The notes beneath the pieces were generated by a model, which was not told the DNA's origin, did no database searches, and saw only the letters and a list, made by a program, of their open reading frames with translations. A DNA stretch of 64,000 bases from NCBI GenBank assembly GCA_963756875.1, contig CAVWPA010000001.1, positions 352,001-416,000 on the forward strand, written 5' to 3'. This DNA is from an uncultured Verrucomicrobiae bacterium (GTDB taxonomy: Bacteria; Verrucomicrobiota; Verrucomicrobiia; Chthoniobacterales; UBA10450). Below, in pieces: positions 36,379 through 46,163 of this stretch. Position 1 is the stretch's first letter. Each line of letters opens with the position of its first letter. The translations under genes and the position numbers were made by a program.

Positions 36379-38196
36379 TCACCGTAACGGAAGCTGGATC
36401 ACGCTGGCGTGGGCTCTTTCGTGATAAATGTTCACATGAGCGGTGCGCGCGTTCTTCGCAGTTTCGTCGGCAACAACGCCGCCGGAGTTATAATTTTTTT
36501 CCCAGAAAATCGAGTTCGTGCATGAAATAACCAGGCGCAGACGGCTGCCTTTCATCAGGCGGCGCGCGATAAATAATCCCGGACCAAATTCGCAACGCAC
36601 GATTTCGCCGGGTTTGACCAGGCTGCTTTGCCGCAGCGACTCGCGATAACGCAGCCGACGTATGTCGCTCCATAACGCGATGCTCGTCCCGTCAGGCTGA
36701 ATTTCGTACAGATCGGCCTCGAGATCGGTATCGGGCGTGTCGATCGAAACCCAGAGCGTGAGTTTCGGGCAGCCGATCAACGGCGTTTCGCTCGGCAACG
36801 CAGCGGTGTGATAAACGAGCCCGTCCTTGCCAATGCTGAGCGCGTAGCTCTGGTCGACATTTGCCGTCTTCTCGTTCGATTCGACACCTTCGACGTTCTC
36901 GCCCCGGCTGATATCGAGCGGGTCGTAAACAAACTGGTCGGCGCCTTGCTCCGGCTGTTTTTCTGTCAGTGCACCGGAGCGGAACACGCCGTTCGCATCG
37001 CCATTCTTTGAATCAAGATAGAAGTTTGTGGTATTGGCCGTGAGATTTTCAAAACTGTTCGCGTATTTCCATTCGCCATTGGCTCCACTGTTTCCCGGTG
37101 CGAGCAAATAATAGGCAACCTGATTTTTCAGAAACGTCGGCTTGGGGCCGTTCTTCATCGTCCAGTCGTACCATTGCCGATGCAGATCGTTTAGATCGAC
37201 AATCGCAGCCGGCCCAAATTTCACGCCGGCGACGTCGTCCGTCGGCGTGCGGGTGCCGGCATGGTCCCACGGGCCGATGATGAGGAAATGTTTTGCGCGA
37301 GCCTCCGGCGAAGCGTTCCTCATGTGATCGCGATAGTAAGCCATAGCACCGATCTCATCGCCGTCGTACTGGCCGGTAATGGTGAGGATCGGCAGCGAAA
37401 TTTTGGCGAACTGCTCGCGCGTCGGCGCCATCGCGTCGTAATAAGCGTCAGCCGTTGGATGCTTCAGGATCCGTTGAAAATTCGGCGACGGATTTCCGAC
37501 GAACGAGTCGAGCGATTTAAACGGGACATGCTTTTTGTAAGCGTCCAGAAATTTCGTGCGCCAGAATTTTTGATCGCTGAAAAGATGTCCCTGGCCGGTA
37601 TGGCCGCTGGTGAAGGTGAACCATTGCACGTCGTACGTTTCGCCGACGTTATCGAGTGAAGGATAATCGAGCGGTGGATGCGCCGCCGCAGCCGGCACGA
37701 TGGTAGCGAGATGTGGCGGGAGCTCTTTCGCCGTCGCCCATTGATCGAATCCGGCGTAAGACCCGCCCCACATCGCGACCTTTCCGTTGCAAAACGGCTG
37801 TCGCGCGAGCCACTCCACCACATCGTGCCCGTCGCGCGGTTCCTGCGCGAACGGCTCGAACTCGCCGCTGGAATTTCCGCGGCCGCGAACGTCGACCAGC
37901 GCAAACACGTAGCCATGCGACGCGAAATAAGCCGCGCGATCGTGATATGAATCCGAAATATATGGCGTCAGCGTGAAGACCACCGGCGTCTTGGGCTGCG
38001 AGCCATCCGGCATCTTTGGCAAATAGAGTGTTGCATTGATTTCAACCTTGTCTCGCAAGGGAATCTTTACACCCCAGCGCAAATTGTAATTCGCGGAAGG
38101 TTTGGCCGGCGATGGGGAGGGGACCGGTGCAGGAGTTTGCGCAGAAAGAAAGCTGGCTGCGAATGGGAAAATGATGAGAAACGTGGCGCGATTCAT
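36379..38196 (-). CDS. CocE/NonD family hydrolase (peptidase S15), secreted
   Basis: TPY, DVRGRGNSSG, GGSYAG nucleophile motif, GQYD, IGPWDH, C-terminal jelly-roll domain. Confidence 0.92.
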   Translation of the reverse strand: MNRATFLIIFPFAASFLSAQTPAPVPSPSPAKPSANYNLRWGVKIPLRDKVEINATLYLPKMPDGSQPKTPVVFTLTPYISDSYHDRAAYFASHGYVFALVDVRGRGNSSGEFEPFAQEPRDGHDVVEWLARQPFCNGKVAMWGGSYAGFDQWATAKELPPHLATIVPAAAAHPPLDYPSLDNVGETYDVQWFTFTSGHTGQGHLFSDQKFWRTKFLDAYKKHVPFKSLDSFVGNPSPNFQRILKHPTADAYYDAMAPTREQFAKISLPILTITGQYDGDEIGAMAYYRDHMRNASPEARAKHFLIIGPWDHAGTRTPTDDVAGVKFGPAAIVDLNDLHRQWYDWTMKNGPKPTFLKNQVAYYLLAPGNSGANGEWKYANSFENLTANTTNFYLDSKNGDANGVFRSGALTEKQPEQGADQFVYDPLDISRGENVEGVESNEKTANVDQSYALSIGKDGLVYHTAALPSETPLIGCPKLTLWVSIDTPDTDLEADLYEIQPDGTSIALWSDIRRLRYRESLRQSSLVKPGEIVRCEFGPGLFIARRLMKGSRLRLVISCTNSIFWEKNYNSGGVVADETAKNARTAHVNIYHERAHASVIQLPLR

Positions 38197-38252
38197 ATAT
38201 GGATTGAAGCGACGAACCGGCCTTGCCACAAGACATTGCGTCTGCCTGACTT

Positions 38253-38330
38253 TGTAGCGGCGGTCTATGACCGTCGGTCGAATTCGCTTTTATTGGAGAA
38301 TATTTGCGGCGGTCGTAGACCGCCGCTACA
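38253..38330. repeat. GTAG-type REP doublet
   Basis: 15-bp perfect ends tgtagcggcggtcta/tagaccgccgctaca. Confidence 0.85.
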
Positions 38331-38512
38331 GAATGCAGGCGGGCTTTTCGGGTGTAGACAACGCGTTCCATCCAGGTAACACGATTCGCTCCCACTTGGT
38401 GCGTCGTTACAACTTGACTGCTTTAAGCAGTCAAGTTGTCGGGAGGAAATCCGCGATTTAAGAGGTTGGTTTCGGCCTTGCTTGAGACGCTTGGAATTTG
38501 CTATGGGCGGGC

Positions 38513-39889
38513 ATGAAATTCATTCGTTCGACCTGTATTTTGTTCATCGCGGTGTTTGGAATCGGATCCGCTGTTGCGGCCGATCAAACAATTGTCCTGA
38601 AAGCGGCTCATCTGTTCGATGGCAAGTCGAAATCTCTCACCAGCAACGGCGTTGTAGTGGTGCAGGGCGACAAGATTGTCGATGTCGGCAGTAATTTAAC
38701 GGTGCCGCAGGGCGCAAGGGTGATCGATCTCGGCGACGCCACGCTTTCGCCCGGGTTCATGGATGCGCATACCCATCTCACTCTCGATTTTTCGGGCGAC
38801 TACAATAAGCGACGTTTGCAGGAGCTCGACCTCAACGTCTCCGAGCAGGCGATCAAAGCGACCGACTATGCGCGGGCCACGGTTGAAGCCGGTTTCACGA
38901 CAGTGCGAGATCTCGGCAGCCGCTTCGTTGGCAGTCGCGAGTTCGTCGACGTGGCGCTGCGCAATTCAATCAACAAGGGTGTTATCGTCGGTCCACGCAT
39001 GCTGGTTGCCACCAAAGGAATCGGGGCGACCGGCGGCCATTTCGATCCTACCGGCGGCTTCCGCGATTTTCTTTTCGGTCGCGAGCCGGATTACACGGAC
39101 GGCATCGTGGACAGCCCGGACGAAATTCGCAAAGCCGTGCGTTTCGAGGTGAAAAACGGTGCCGACGTCATCAAGGCGGCCGTTTCCGGGGGTGTGCTTT
39201 CGTTGGCGGATGAAGTGGACACGCCGCAGTTTACTCCGGCCGAAATGGTGGCTTTGGTCGATGAATCGCATCGGCTGCGCAAAAAGGTTGCGGTCCATTG
39301 CCACGGAGACCAAGCCGCGCGAGAGGCGGTCCAGGCAGGCGTCGATTCCATTGAGCACGGATCATTTGTGAAACCGGACACGCTCCGGTTGATGAAAAGC
39401 AAGGGAACATATCTCACGCCGACGTTGATGGCGGCGGAATATATCATGCAAAAAATTGGCCAGTATCCGCCGGTACTTCAGGCGAAAGCGAAAGCAGCTT
39501 ACAACGCGCGCTCGGATATGTTTCGTAACGCGGTCAAGATGGGTGTGAAGATTTCTTTCGGGACGGACGCCGCGGTCTTTCCCCACGGCCAAAACGCAAA
39601 GGAATTCAAGTTAATGGTCGATCTCGGCATGTCGCCGATCGAGGCATTGAAATCGGCGACGGGGAATGACGCCGAACTTCTGGGCATCGCTCAGAAGACC
39701 GGTACGCTCGAGAAAGGAAAACTTGCCGACATCATCGCAATGCCTGGCGACCCGACTGCCGATATCACCGCGACCGAGCGGGTGTTATTCGTAATGAAGG
39801 AGGGCAAAATCATTCGGAACGGTCCGCAAATGCCGACCGCGGCCGCAGCTGCAACCGATCTTGCGGATGAAGAGATCCCTGCTGATTAA
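38513..39889 (+). CDS. Metal-dependent amidohydrolase (Xaa-Pro dipeptidase-like), secreted
   Basis: PGFMDAHTH, GFTTVRDLG, GADVIK, VAVHCHG, SIEHG, FGTDA, GKLADII. Confidence 0.9.
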   Translation: MKFIRSTCILFIAVFGIGSAVAADQTIVLKAAHLFDGKSKSLTSNGVVVVQGDKIVDVGSNLTVPQGARVIDLGDATLSPGFMDAHTHLTLDFSGDYNKRRLQELDLNVSEQAIKATDYARATVEAGFTTVRDLGSRFVGSREFVDVALRNSINKGVIVGPRMLVATKGIGATGGHFDPTGGFRDFLFGREPDYTDGIVDSPDEIRKAVRFEVKNGADVIKAAVSGGVLSLADEVDTPQFTPAEMVALVDESHRLRKKVAVHCHGDQAAREAVQAGVDSIEHGSFVKPDTLRLMKSKGTYLTPTLMAAEYIMQKIGQYPPVLQAKAKAAYNARSDMFRNAVKMGVKISFGTDAAVFPHGQNAKEFKLMVDLGMSPIEALKSATGNDAELLGIAQKTGTLEKGKLADIIAMPGDPTADITATERVLFVMKEGKIIRNGPQMPTAAAAATDLADEEIPAD

Positions 39890-39947
39890 AAGACCGCGCA
39901 ATTCTGCCCGACTGGCATTGGCTCTGTGAGCTTGAAGAGCAACGGCT

Positions 39948-42842
39948 CTATGGATTCATGCAGCGGACTTGGTAAAACCTCGGCCCGGCGCCAGCCCCGG
40001 AATCAGCGGTGCTCTGCGTAAGAATACCCGGGCCGGCCGTCATACCTGACTGCAGCGTTTGCCATGCACCGTTGAGCGTATCCATGAATTCAACCTGGTA
40101 GGTTTTTCCCGGCACGGATGGCCAACTGATGGAAACAACTCCGGTTGCGGGATCGCGGCTGATCTTTGCGCGAAATGCAACGTTCGGATTCAACCAATCG
40201 TAGGTGCCGGTCGCAAACTGATCGGTGATGGGAGAGGTCCAGAGAGTCATGAATTCCCCGGGATCAACATTCCCATCGCCGTTGCCTGTCGGTCCTTGTG
40301 AAGCGAGTGCGCCCCCGTCGGCTGTCTGATAGGCGACGGCCGCCACGTAGATGGTTTGGGGCATCACGCCAAACGCCTCGACCATGTCGATGACGCCTTC
40401 GAGCTGGCCGGAGTTTGTCGGCGCTTTGGCGAGCTGCGAATCGCCAGGGGCATTGAACCAGCCGGCGTAGCCACTTTGGCTTTCGCCGGCGAGGAACGGC
40501 ATGTTTGCCGGAATAGCAATCGTTCCCGCTTTCGTCCACGGAGCGGAGGTCGTCGCACTGTTCAGGAGCTGATTCGAAACAAAAATGAAATGGTCGTTAG
40601 GCCCACCGCTGTTGCCGGGCGACCAGGTGGCTACGTAAAGCTTCGTTCCGCGCACCGCCGCGTAAATCGTCATGCCGTCGGCATTTTGCAGGTAGCTGCT
40701 CGAGTCCGCGGCCCCATTCATGGTGAACGGAATGGGGGTTGCGCCGGGTGTTGGCGTTGGCGTCGGAGTCGGAGTCGGAGTGGGCGTCGGTGTTGGAGTT
40801 GGAGTGGGAGTCGGTGTTGCTTCCGGCGAGACGTAAACGTGCTGGATAGGAGAATTGGCGATATTTCCTTTCGTGTCAGCCGCGGTCACGTAGTAATCGA
40901 CATAGGTGCCGGATAACCCAGTCACCTTCGCGTAATAATAATCAGCGTAGTACTGCGGTGTTGGATCACTGATTCCGCTCGGCACGGCACGGCGCGTCAT
41001 TGCAATGGATTGCCATGAGCCCGTGTCCGCGCCGCCCGCGTAAGTCTTGAATTCGTCGCGGTTCGGAGCGCCACCGTTGCCGTTTGAGCGATATTTCAAG
41101 GTCACGCTGCCAATCCCTGAGGCGTCATAAGCATAGGTCCAGATCCAAAAATCTGTATTCGGAGGCGTGTAGCCCTGATAGCCATACTGGACTCCGAAAT
41201 TCTGGCCTCCGGGGTTCCATGGATGCCGCTGCGGAAGAAAAACGGTCGGCGAAGTCGTGTCCTGCGAAAGGTTGTTGTTCACAACGCTGTCGATTTCGCG
41301 GACGACATTGTTCTGCGCTACGGCGCACCGTTTGATCTGATCGGCCTTTCCGTAGTAAAGAAACCCGCTGTCGAGCCCTCCGAGATAATAATGCCACGCC
41401 AATTCGACGTTGTTGGGTGTGTTGGAATAGCTGCCGGGATCGCGGACCTGATCGATGAGCGGCGTGATACCCGTGATCTGTTGTGCGGTGCGCACACGAT
41501 TCTCCGTGGCGATGGTCGTTCGCCAGAAATCGCCTTTCACGGTGGTGCCGGTGCTGGGATCGACAACGATCTCGCCATTGGCGTCGTTATAGCTTGGCGG
41601 CCAGTTCCAGTTGATGAAGCTAGGCGATCCGAAATCGCTATTGGCAAAGACCCAGCCGCCGTCCTCGACGTGAACGATATCGTTCGGATCGGCTGGGAAA
41701 TCGTGCAGGAATTGCTCGACCGTAGTTGGGTCGTAACCGTCATTTGCCGCCGTTGATGCGAACTGCGGGACCCACTCATTATAATAAGAGTACCCGCCGC
41801 TCCAGGCGTTATCTCCGTCGTGCGCCAAAAGCACCAGGGCCGGCTTGTTCGTGTTATTTCGCGAGGCGATGGGGCCGATAAGGCCCAGGTCCCAGCTGCT
41901 ATAACTGTCCTTCCAACTCAGCGCCTGATCTGCGGGCACGATCGTGATGGTTGACGCCATACCGGTTGCGGGGTCCACGTAGCGTGCGATGTGCACCTGG
42001 TAGCTGAACGGCATCGCCGCCGTGGGCGCACAGCCGCGGTCGATGGTAAGTGTTTGATAATTACCGGCGCCCTGCGCTGGATCGAGCTGGTCGGCCTTAT
42101 TCGGGATGTCGCACATTATTCCGCCCGAACCGAGCATGATCGGCATGTCCGGGCAGCTGCGCGCGAGGTGATTGTTCGCGACGACCGTCCACGTGATGCT
42201 CAATTGATTCAGAATCGGAATCATCCGCTCGGAGAAGCAGCTCTCGGTCGGAAAATATCCGCGCGACACAGGAGGGTTGGTTCCCCAAAAAATCTCCATC
42301 TGGCGCCGATGGATTTTCAATTCCATCAGGAGCGTTGCGTCGCTCAGAAGGGGCGCCATCGCGTGATGATAGGTGAAATTGACCAGATCCATTCGCGGTT
42401 TTCCGCCAGTGGTCGTCCAACCGCGCGCCTCCTGGTTCCACTGATACCATGTGCTGCTGTAATTAAATTGGCCCGCCGCCGCGAGGCTCTGGACGTTCTC
42501 CATCAATGCGCCCGACATGTTGACCTGCGCTCCAGAGTTCGTGAAAGAACCGATCGAGTAGAGAGCATCTCTGGGCTCTCTTTGATAGGCATTCACTCGA
42601 TCGGGCAGGGAAAAGATGGAAGAAAGGTCATCGTCAGGCTCGAAACGGTTGGCATTCTTGGCCTGGATTGTGTCCCAGGCGTTTTCGTAATGATCGCCAT
42701 AGGGACGTTTGTCTGGCCAGTAAATCGGCTGGTGCAGATGCCAGAGCCACGAGGTGTGGATGTTGTGGTTGGTTTGACTCGATGCGATTGCGATCGTTGA
42801 GAAAACGATCAGCACACAAAGAATCTGCGAGCGCAGCGGCAT
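39948..42842 (-). CDS. Secreted GH57/GH119-like glycoside hydrolase with PT linker and C-terminal accessory domains
   Basis: WHLHQPIY (HxHQP), YHHAMAPL, GYFPTE (candidate nucleophile), LAHDGDN (candidate acid/base). Confidence 0.7.
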   Translation of the reverse strand: MPLRSQILCVLIVFSTIAIASSQTNHNIHTSWLWHLHQPIYWPDKRPYGDHYENAWDTIQAKNANRFEPDDDLSSIFSLPDRVNAYQREPRDALYSIGSFTNSGAQVNMSGALMENVQSLAAAGQFNYSSTWYQWNQEARGWTTTGGKPRMDLVNFTYHHAMAPLLSDATLLMELKIHRRQMEIFWGTNPPVSRGYFPTESCFSERMIPILNQLSITWTVVANNHLARSCPDMPIMLGSGGIMCDIPNKADQLDPAQGAGNYQTLTIDRGCAPTAAMPFSYQVHIARYVDPATGMASTITIVPADQALSWKDSYSSWDLGLIGPIASRNNTNKPALVLLAHDGDNAWSGGYSYYNEWVPQFASTAANDGYDPTTVEQFLHDFPADPNDIVHVEDGGWVFANSDFGSPSFINWNWPPSYNDANGEIVVDPSTGTTVKGDFWRTTIATENRVRTAQQITGITPLIDQVRDPGSYSNTPNNVELAWHYYLGGLDSGFLYYGKADQIKRCAVAQNNVVREIDSVVNNNLSQDTTSPTVFLPQRHPWNPGGQNFGVQYGYQGYTPPNTDFWIWTYAYDASGIGSVTLKYRSNGNGGAPNRDEFKTYAGGADTGSWQSIAMTRRAVPSGISDPTPQYYADYYYAKVTGLSGTYVDYYVTAADTKGNIANSPIQHVYVSPEATPTPTPTPTPTPTPTPTPTPTPTPGATPIPFTMNGAADSSSYLQNADGMTIYAAVRGTKLYVATWSPGNSGGPNDHFIFVSNQLLNSATTSAPWTKAGTIAIPANMPFLAGESQSGYAGWFNAPGDSQLAKAPTNSGQLEGVIDMVEAFGVMPQTIYVAAVAYQTADGGALASQGPTGNGDGNVDPGEFMTLWTSPITDQFATGTYDWLNPNVAFRAKISRDPATGVVSISWPSVPGKTYQVEFMDTLNGAWQTLQSGMTAGPGILTQSTADSGAGAGPRFYQVRCMNP

Positions 42843-42893
42843 CGCGCGGGAGACTAGCCGAGTTATTCTACCTTATGCAACTAATTGGTATGA

Positions 42894-42952
42894 TGTAGCC
42901 CCGCCTCTGTGAGGAGTCGCATGCTTAGACGGCGCACAGCGCCGTGGCTACA
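42894..42952. repeat. GTAG-type REP doublet
   Basis: tgtagcc ... ggctaca ends with internal ctgtg/cacag. Confidence 0.65.
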
Positions 42953-42956
42953 GTTC

Positions 42957-43815
42957 TTACTGTCCATGCATCCGCACAGCAAGGGTGACGGAATCGCCCG
43001 AGCTGCAGATGTAGTACCAGCGAAACGTCGCCGGCGCCATACACCGGATAAAAGGTATACGGCTCACCATCGAAAAAGACCGGGTTATTCCAGTCGATCA
43101 TGATGGCCCGGGAAGACGAGTAAGAACTCACGGCGACGGAATCGCTGAAATTAAACGAACGCGAATCGCGAAAGTCGCCCCGGCCATTGTACAACGTGCC
43201 TCCGCTTCCATTGTACGGTGTGTATCGCCAGTTCCGGACGCCATTTGTCGGGTACCAGTCTGCCGTGAAAACCTCCCCTTCGCTTTCAAGAGGAATCGTT
43301 CTGCTCACCACGGTTCTGGTGCCGACATTGTCGATGAAAGCAGGCTGAATGTGATCTTCGCCAGCGAAGCGGTACGAATAGAAGGCGATTTCGTAATCCA
43401 GGCCGCCCCACTGGCTCAAATTAATCGGGTGACCGTACGTGACATCAAAAACACGAACATGGGAATGCCGCCGCGCGATTGTCGGAGCCTCCGTTGAACG
43501 CGTTTTCGCTTCGCGCGCGTTCGCCGCCTCAATTGCGGCGGCTTCTTGCTTTGAAACAGCCAGATTGGAATTGCGGAGCCACTGAATCAACGAGTCGCTG
43601 GCTCCCTGGGATTTCAATATCTTTTCTTGCGGCTGGCTCAAAGTATGGAGAAGCTTGCGTTGTTCGACATCAGTCTTAATTGAGGCTTCGCTTTCGTTTG
43701 CACGAACCAGAAGGGAGATTTCGCTGAAGCCGATCGGGCGTGCTGAAACCAGGGCAACGCCTGCGAACAAGATCGCAGCGGTAATGGATAAACTATAAAC
43801 AGTGGGGAGCTTCAT
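42957..43815 (-). CDS. Hypothetical exported protein; probable +1 frameshift near 43017
   Basis: Signal peptide MKLPTVYSLSITAAILFAGVALVSA; removing one G gives ...GDVSLYYICSSGDSVTLAVRMHGQ* ending at 42957, just before the REP. Confidence 0.6.
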
Positions 43816-43917
43816 AATCACCGGTTTTACCATGGTCCTCGTGACTTTTGCAATCCTAAAAGGAGGCTTCTCCGGAGGTTTGGAACTTCGGATTTTGGGG
43901 TTCCCCACTGAACCAGG

Positions 43918-43945
43918 TTGACAGCACGCAAGAGTGCCCTATTGT
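43918..43945 (+). promoter_or_regulatory. Sigma70-type promoter of the rplA operon
   Basis: TTGACA-N16-TATTGT. Confidence 0.55.
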
Positions 43946-43961
43946 GCGCGTCCCGATTACA

Positions 43962-43990
43962 GCAGGAGAGCGAAGGCTCATTTGGACTGC
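43962..43990 (+). promoter_or_regulatory. Candidate ribosomal protein L1 autoregulatory mRNA structure
   Basis: GCAG-GA-GAGC-GAAG-GCTC-ATTTGGA-CTGC: two stems around an asymmetric internal loop, 8 nt before the rplA ATG. Confidence 0.55.
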
Positions 43991-43998
43991 ATAAAATT

Positions 43999-44700
43999 AT
44001 GGCTCAACATCGCAGCAAACGTTATCGCGCCGCCGTGGAGCAGGTGGACCGATCGAAGACTTACGGCCTGGCCGACGCGGTCACGACATTGAAGAAGTTT
44101 CCGCCGACCAAGTTCGATCAAACCGTGACGATTTCATTTCGGCTTGGCGTCGATCCGAAGCAGTCCGACCAAATGGTGCGCGGGACTTGCGCGCTGCCGC
44201 ACGGAAGCGGCAAACAAGTACGAGTGCTGGTTTTCGCCGAAGGCAAGGCGGCCCAGGAGGCCAAAGATGCCGGAGCGGAATTCGTCGGCTTCAAAGACAT
44301 GATTCAGAAGTGCCAGGAAGGTTTTCAGGATTTTGACGTGGCGGTTGCGACCCCTGCGGCGATGGCTGAAGTCCGCAAACTTGGGAAAGTGCTCGGGCCG
44401 CGCGGATTAATGCCGAACCCGAAAGCGGGAACGGTGACCGACGATACAGCCAAAGCCGTCCGGGAAGTGAAAGCCGGCCGTGTAGAATTCAAGCTGGATA
44501 AAAACGGCAACGTGGCGGTGCCGGTTGGAAAATTTTCGTTCGAAGAAAACGCGCTGGTGGAGAATGGGAACGCGGTGATCGATGCGGTGGTCCGTGCACG
44601 GCCCGCTACCGCGAAGGGACGTTTCCTTGACGCCATGACGTTAAGCGCGACAATGTCGCCCGGTTTGCATCTGGATCCGGCGCCGTATTTGAGTGTCTGA
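43999..44700 (+). CDS. rplA: 50S ribosomal protein L1
   Basis: [31 protein letters not shown]. Confidence 0.97.
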   Translation: MAQHRSKRYRAAVEQVDRSKTYGLADAVTTLKKFPPTKFDQTVTISFRLGVDPKQSDQMVRGTCALPHGSGKQVRVLVFAEGKAAQEAKDAGAEFVGFKDMIQKCQEGFQDFDVAVATPAAMAEVRKLGKVLGPRGLMPNPKAGTVTDDTAKAVREVKAGRVEFKLDKNGNVAVPVGKFSFEENALVENGNAVIDAVVRARPATAKGRFLDAMTLSATMSPGLHLDPAPYLSV

Positions 44701-44731
44701 GAAGTACCGAGAAGAATTAGAGACCGACAAC

Positions 44732-45265
44732 ATGAGACCTGAAAAAGCCAGCATCGTTTCCGATCTTGCCGCGCAATTGAACGGCTCGCCGTTCGTGCTG
44801 GTGGCCGATTATCAGCACATGAAGGTGGGCGATTTTAGCGAGCTGCGGAACCGGCTTGCCGCGGCGGGGGCCGAAGTTCACGTGATCAAAAACAGCTACC
44901 TGAAACGGGCAATGACGGAGGCCGGTTTTCCGGCGGTCGATGAAAAGCTGGGCGGCCAGACGGCGATTGTGACGGGGCAGAATGATGTCGCGCCGATTGC
45001 AAAGATCTTGAAAACGTTCGCGACGGAATTCAAAAAGACGGCGTTAAAGGTGGGGCTGATTGAACGAGCGATTGTTTCCACCGCACAGTTGGAAGTGCTG
45101 GCCGATTTACCGTCACGCGAAATTTTGCAGGCACAGTTGCTTGGTTTGCTGCTCTCACCGGCGACAAAGCTTGTGCGCTTATTGAACGAGCCGGCTTCGG
45201 CACTGGTGAGGTTGTTGAGCGCGAAAGCCGGAAAAGAAGGAAAAACAGCGGAGGCAGCTGGATAA
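44732..45265 (+). CDS. rplJ: 50S ribosomal protein L10
   Basis: MRPEK, ELRNRL, VIKNS, LADLPSREILQAQLLG. Confidence 0.95.
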   Translation: MRPEKASIVSDLAAQLNGSPFVLVADYQHMKVGDFSELRNRLAAAGAEVHVIKNSYLKRAMTEAGFPAVDEKLGGQTAIVTGQNDVAPIAKILKTFATEFKKTALKVGLIERAIVSTAQLEVLADLPSREILQAQLLGLLLSPATKLVRLLNEPASALVRLLSAKAGKEGKTAEAAG

Positions 45266-45268
45266 CTT

Positions 45269-45304
45269 TGCAGGGCCACCCGAAAGATTCGCGGTTGCCC
45301 TACA
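45269..45304. repeat. REP-like hairpin after rplJ
   Basis: tgcagggc ... gccctaca ends. Confidence 0.5.
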
Positions 45305-45391
45305 GTAAACAAAACAAAAACTGTCCGGGCTGATGGCTATCGGTCTTAATTGCGCGAAGGCTTTCGCGCGCGGCAATTGGAGGAAATAAAA

Positions 45392-45778
45392 ATGGCAGAT
45401 ACAGGAAAAATAGTGGAGCAACTCAGCAGTTTGTCCGTGCTGGAGATTGCGGGTTTGGTTAAGGAACTCGAGGAAAAATGGGGCGTCAGCGCGGCCGCGC
45501 CGGTCGCAGTGGCGGCAGCACCCGCCGGCGGAGCAGGCGCAGCGGCGCCCGCGGCTGAAGAGAAAGCTACTTTCGATGTGATCCTGAAGGAAATGGGCGC
45601 AAACAAAATCGGCGTGATCAAAGAGATCCGGGCCGCGGTTCAAGGGCTGGGATTGGCGGAAGCCAAGGCGCTGGTCGAAGGCGCGCCAAAGCCGATCAAG
45701 GAAGGCATCCCCAAGCAGGAAGCCGAGGAGATCAAGAAAAAGGTCGAGTCGGCCGGCGCGAAAGTCGAGATCAAGTAA
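45392..45778 (+). CDS. rplL: 50S ribosomal protein L7/L12
   Basis: [44 protein letters not shown] ggagg. Confidence 0.97.
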   Translation: MADTGKIVEQLSSLSVLEIAGLVKELEEKWGVSAAAPVAVAAAPAGGAGAAAPAAEEKATFDVILKEMGANKIGVIKEIRAAVQGLGLAEAKALVEGAPKPIKEGIPKQEAEEIKKKVESAGAKVEIK

Positions 45779-46163
45779 GCTCGTCGGTTCTTCGGTTTTC
45801 GGCTGGGAGCCAGTTTCGAGAAGAATATTGGCGCTCCTATCGTCTTCCGGTGGCCGCCGCCAGGGTCTCGCCCCACCAGTAAGGGGCCCAGCAAAAACGC
45901 TTCGAAAAAGCTTGCGCGGCTGGCGTTTTGGTTTTAGCCTCGATTTCTGTTAGAAGTAAGAGAGACTTATTTTTAACCTGCGGGTAATTGTTAAAGTTAA
46001 AGAAAAAGAATTGGCAACAGAACAGTGGGTGGTCGATTTGACAAGCTGCTGTTTTGATGTGATTTTTGCGTCCCTCGCTTCCCGGTTTTTGCCGTAAACC
46101 CTGTACACAATCGGCCGCAATTCGTTGTGGACCGGTGCGAGATCAACCCTTGGTCTAGTGACT

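Noticed and set aside
45779..46163. ncRNA in the long rplL-rpoB spacer
   Set aside because: Contains promoter-like and AT-rich tracts and weak hairpins, but no identifiable RNA family.
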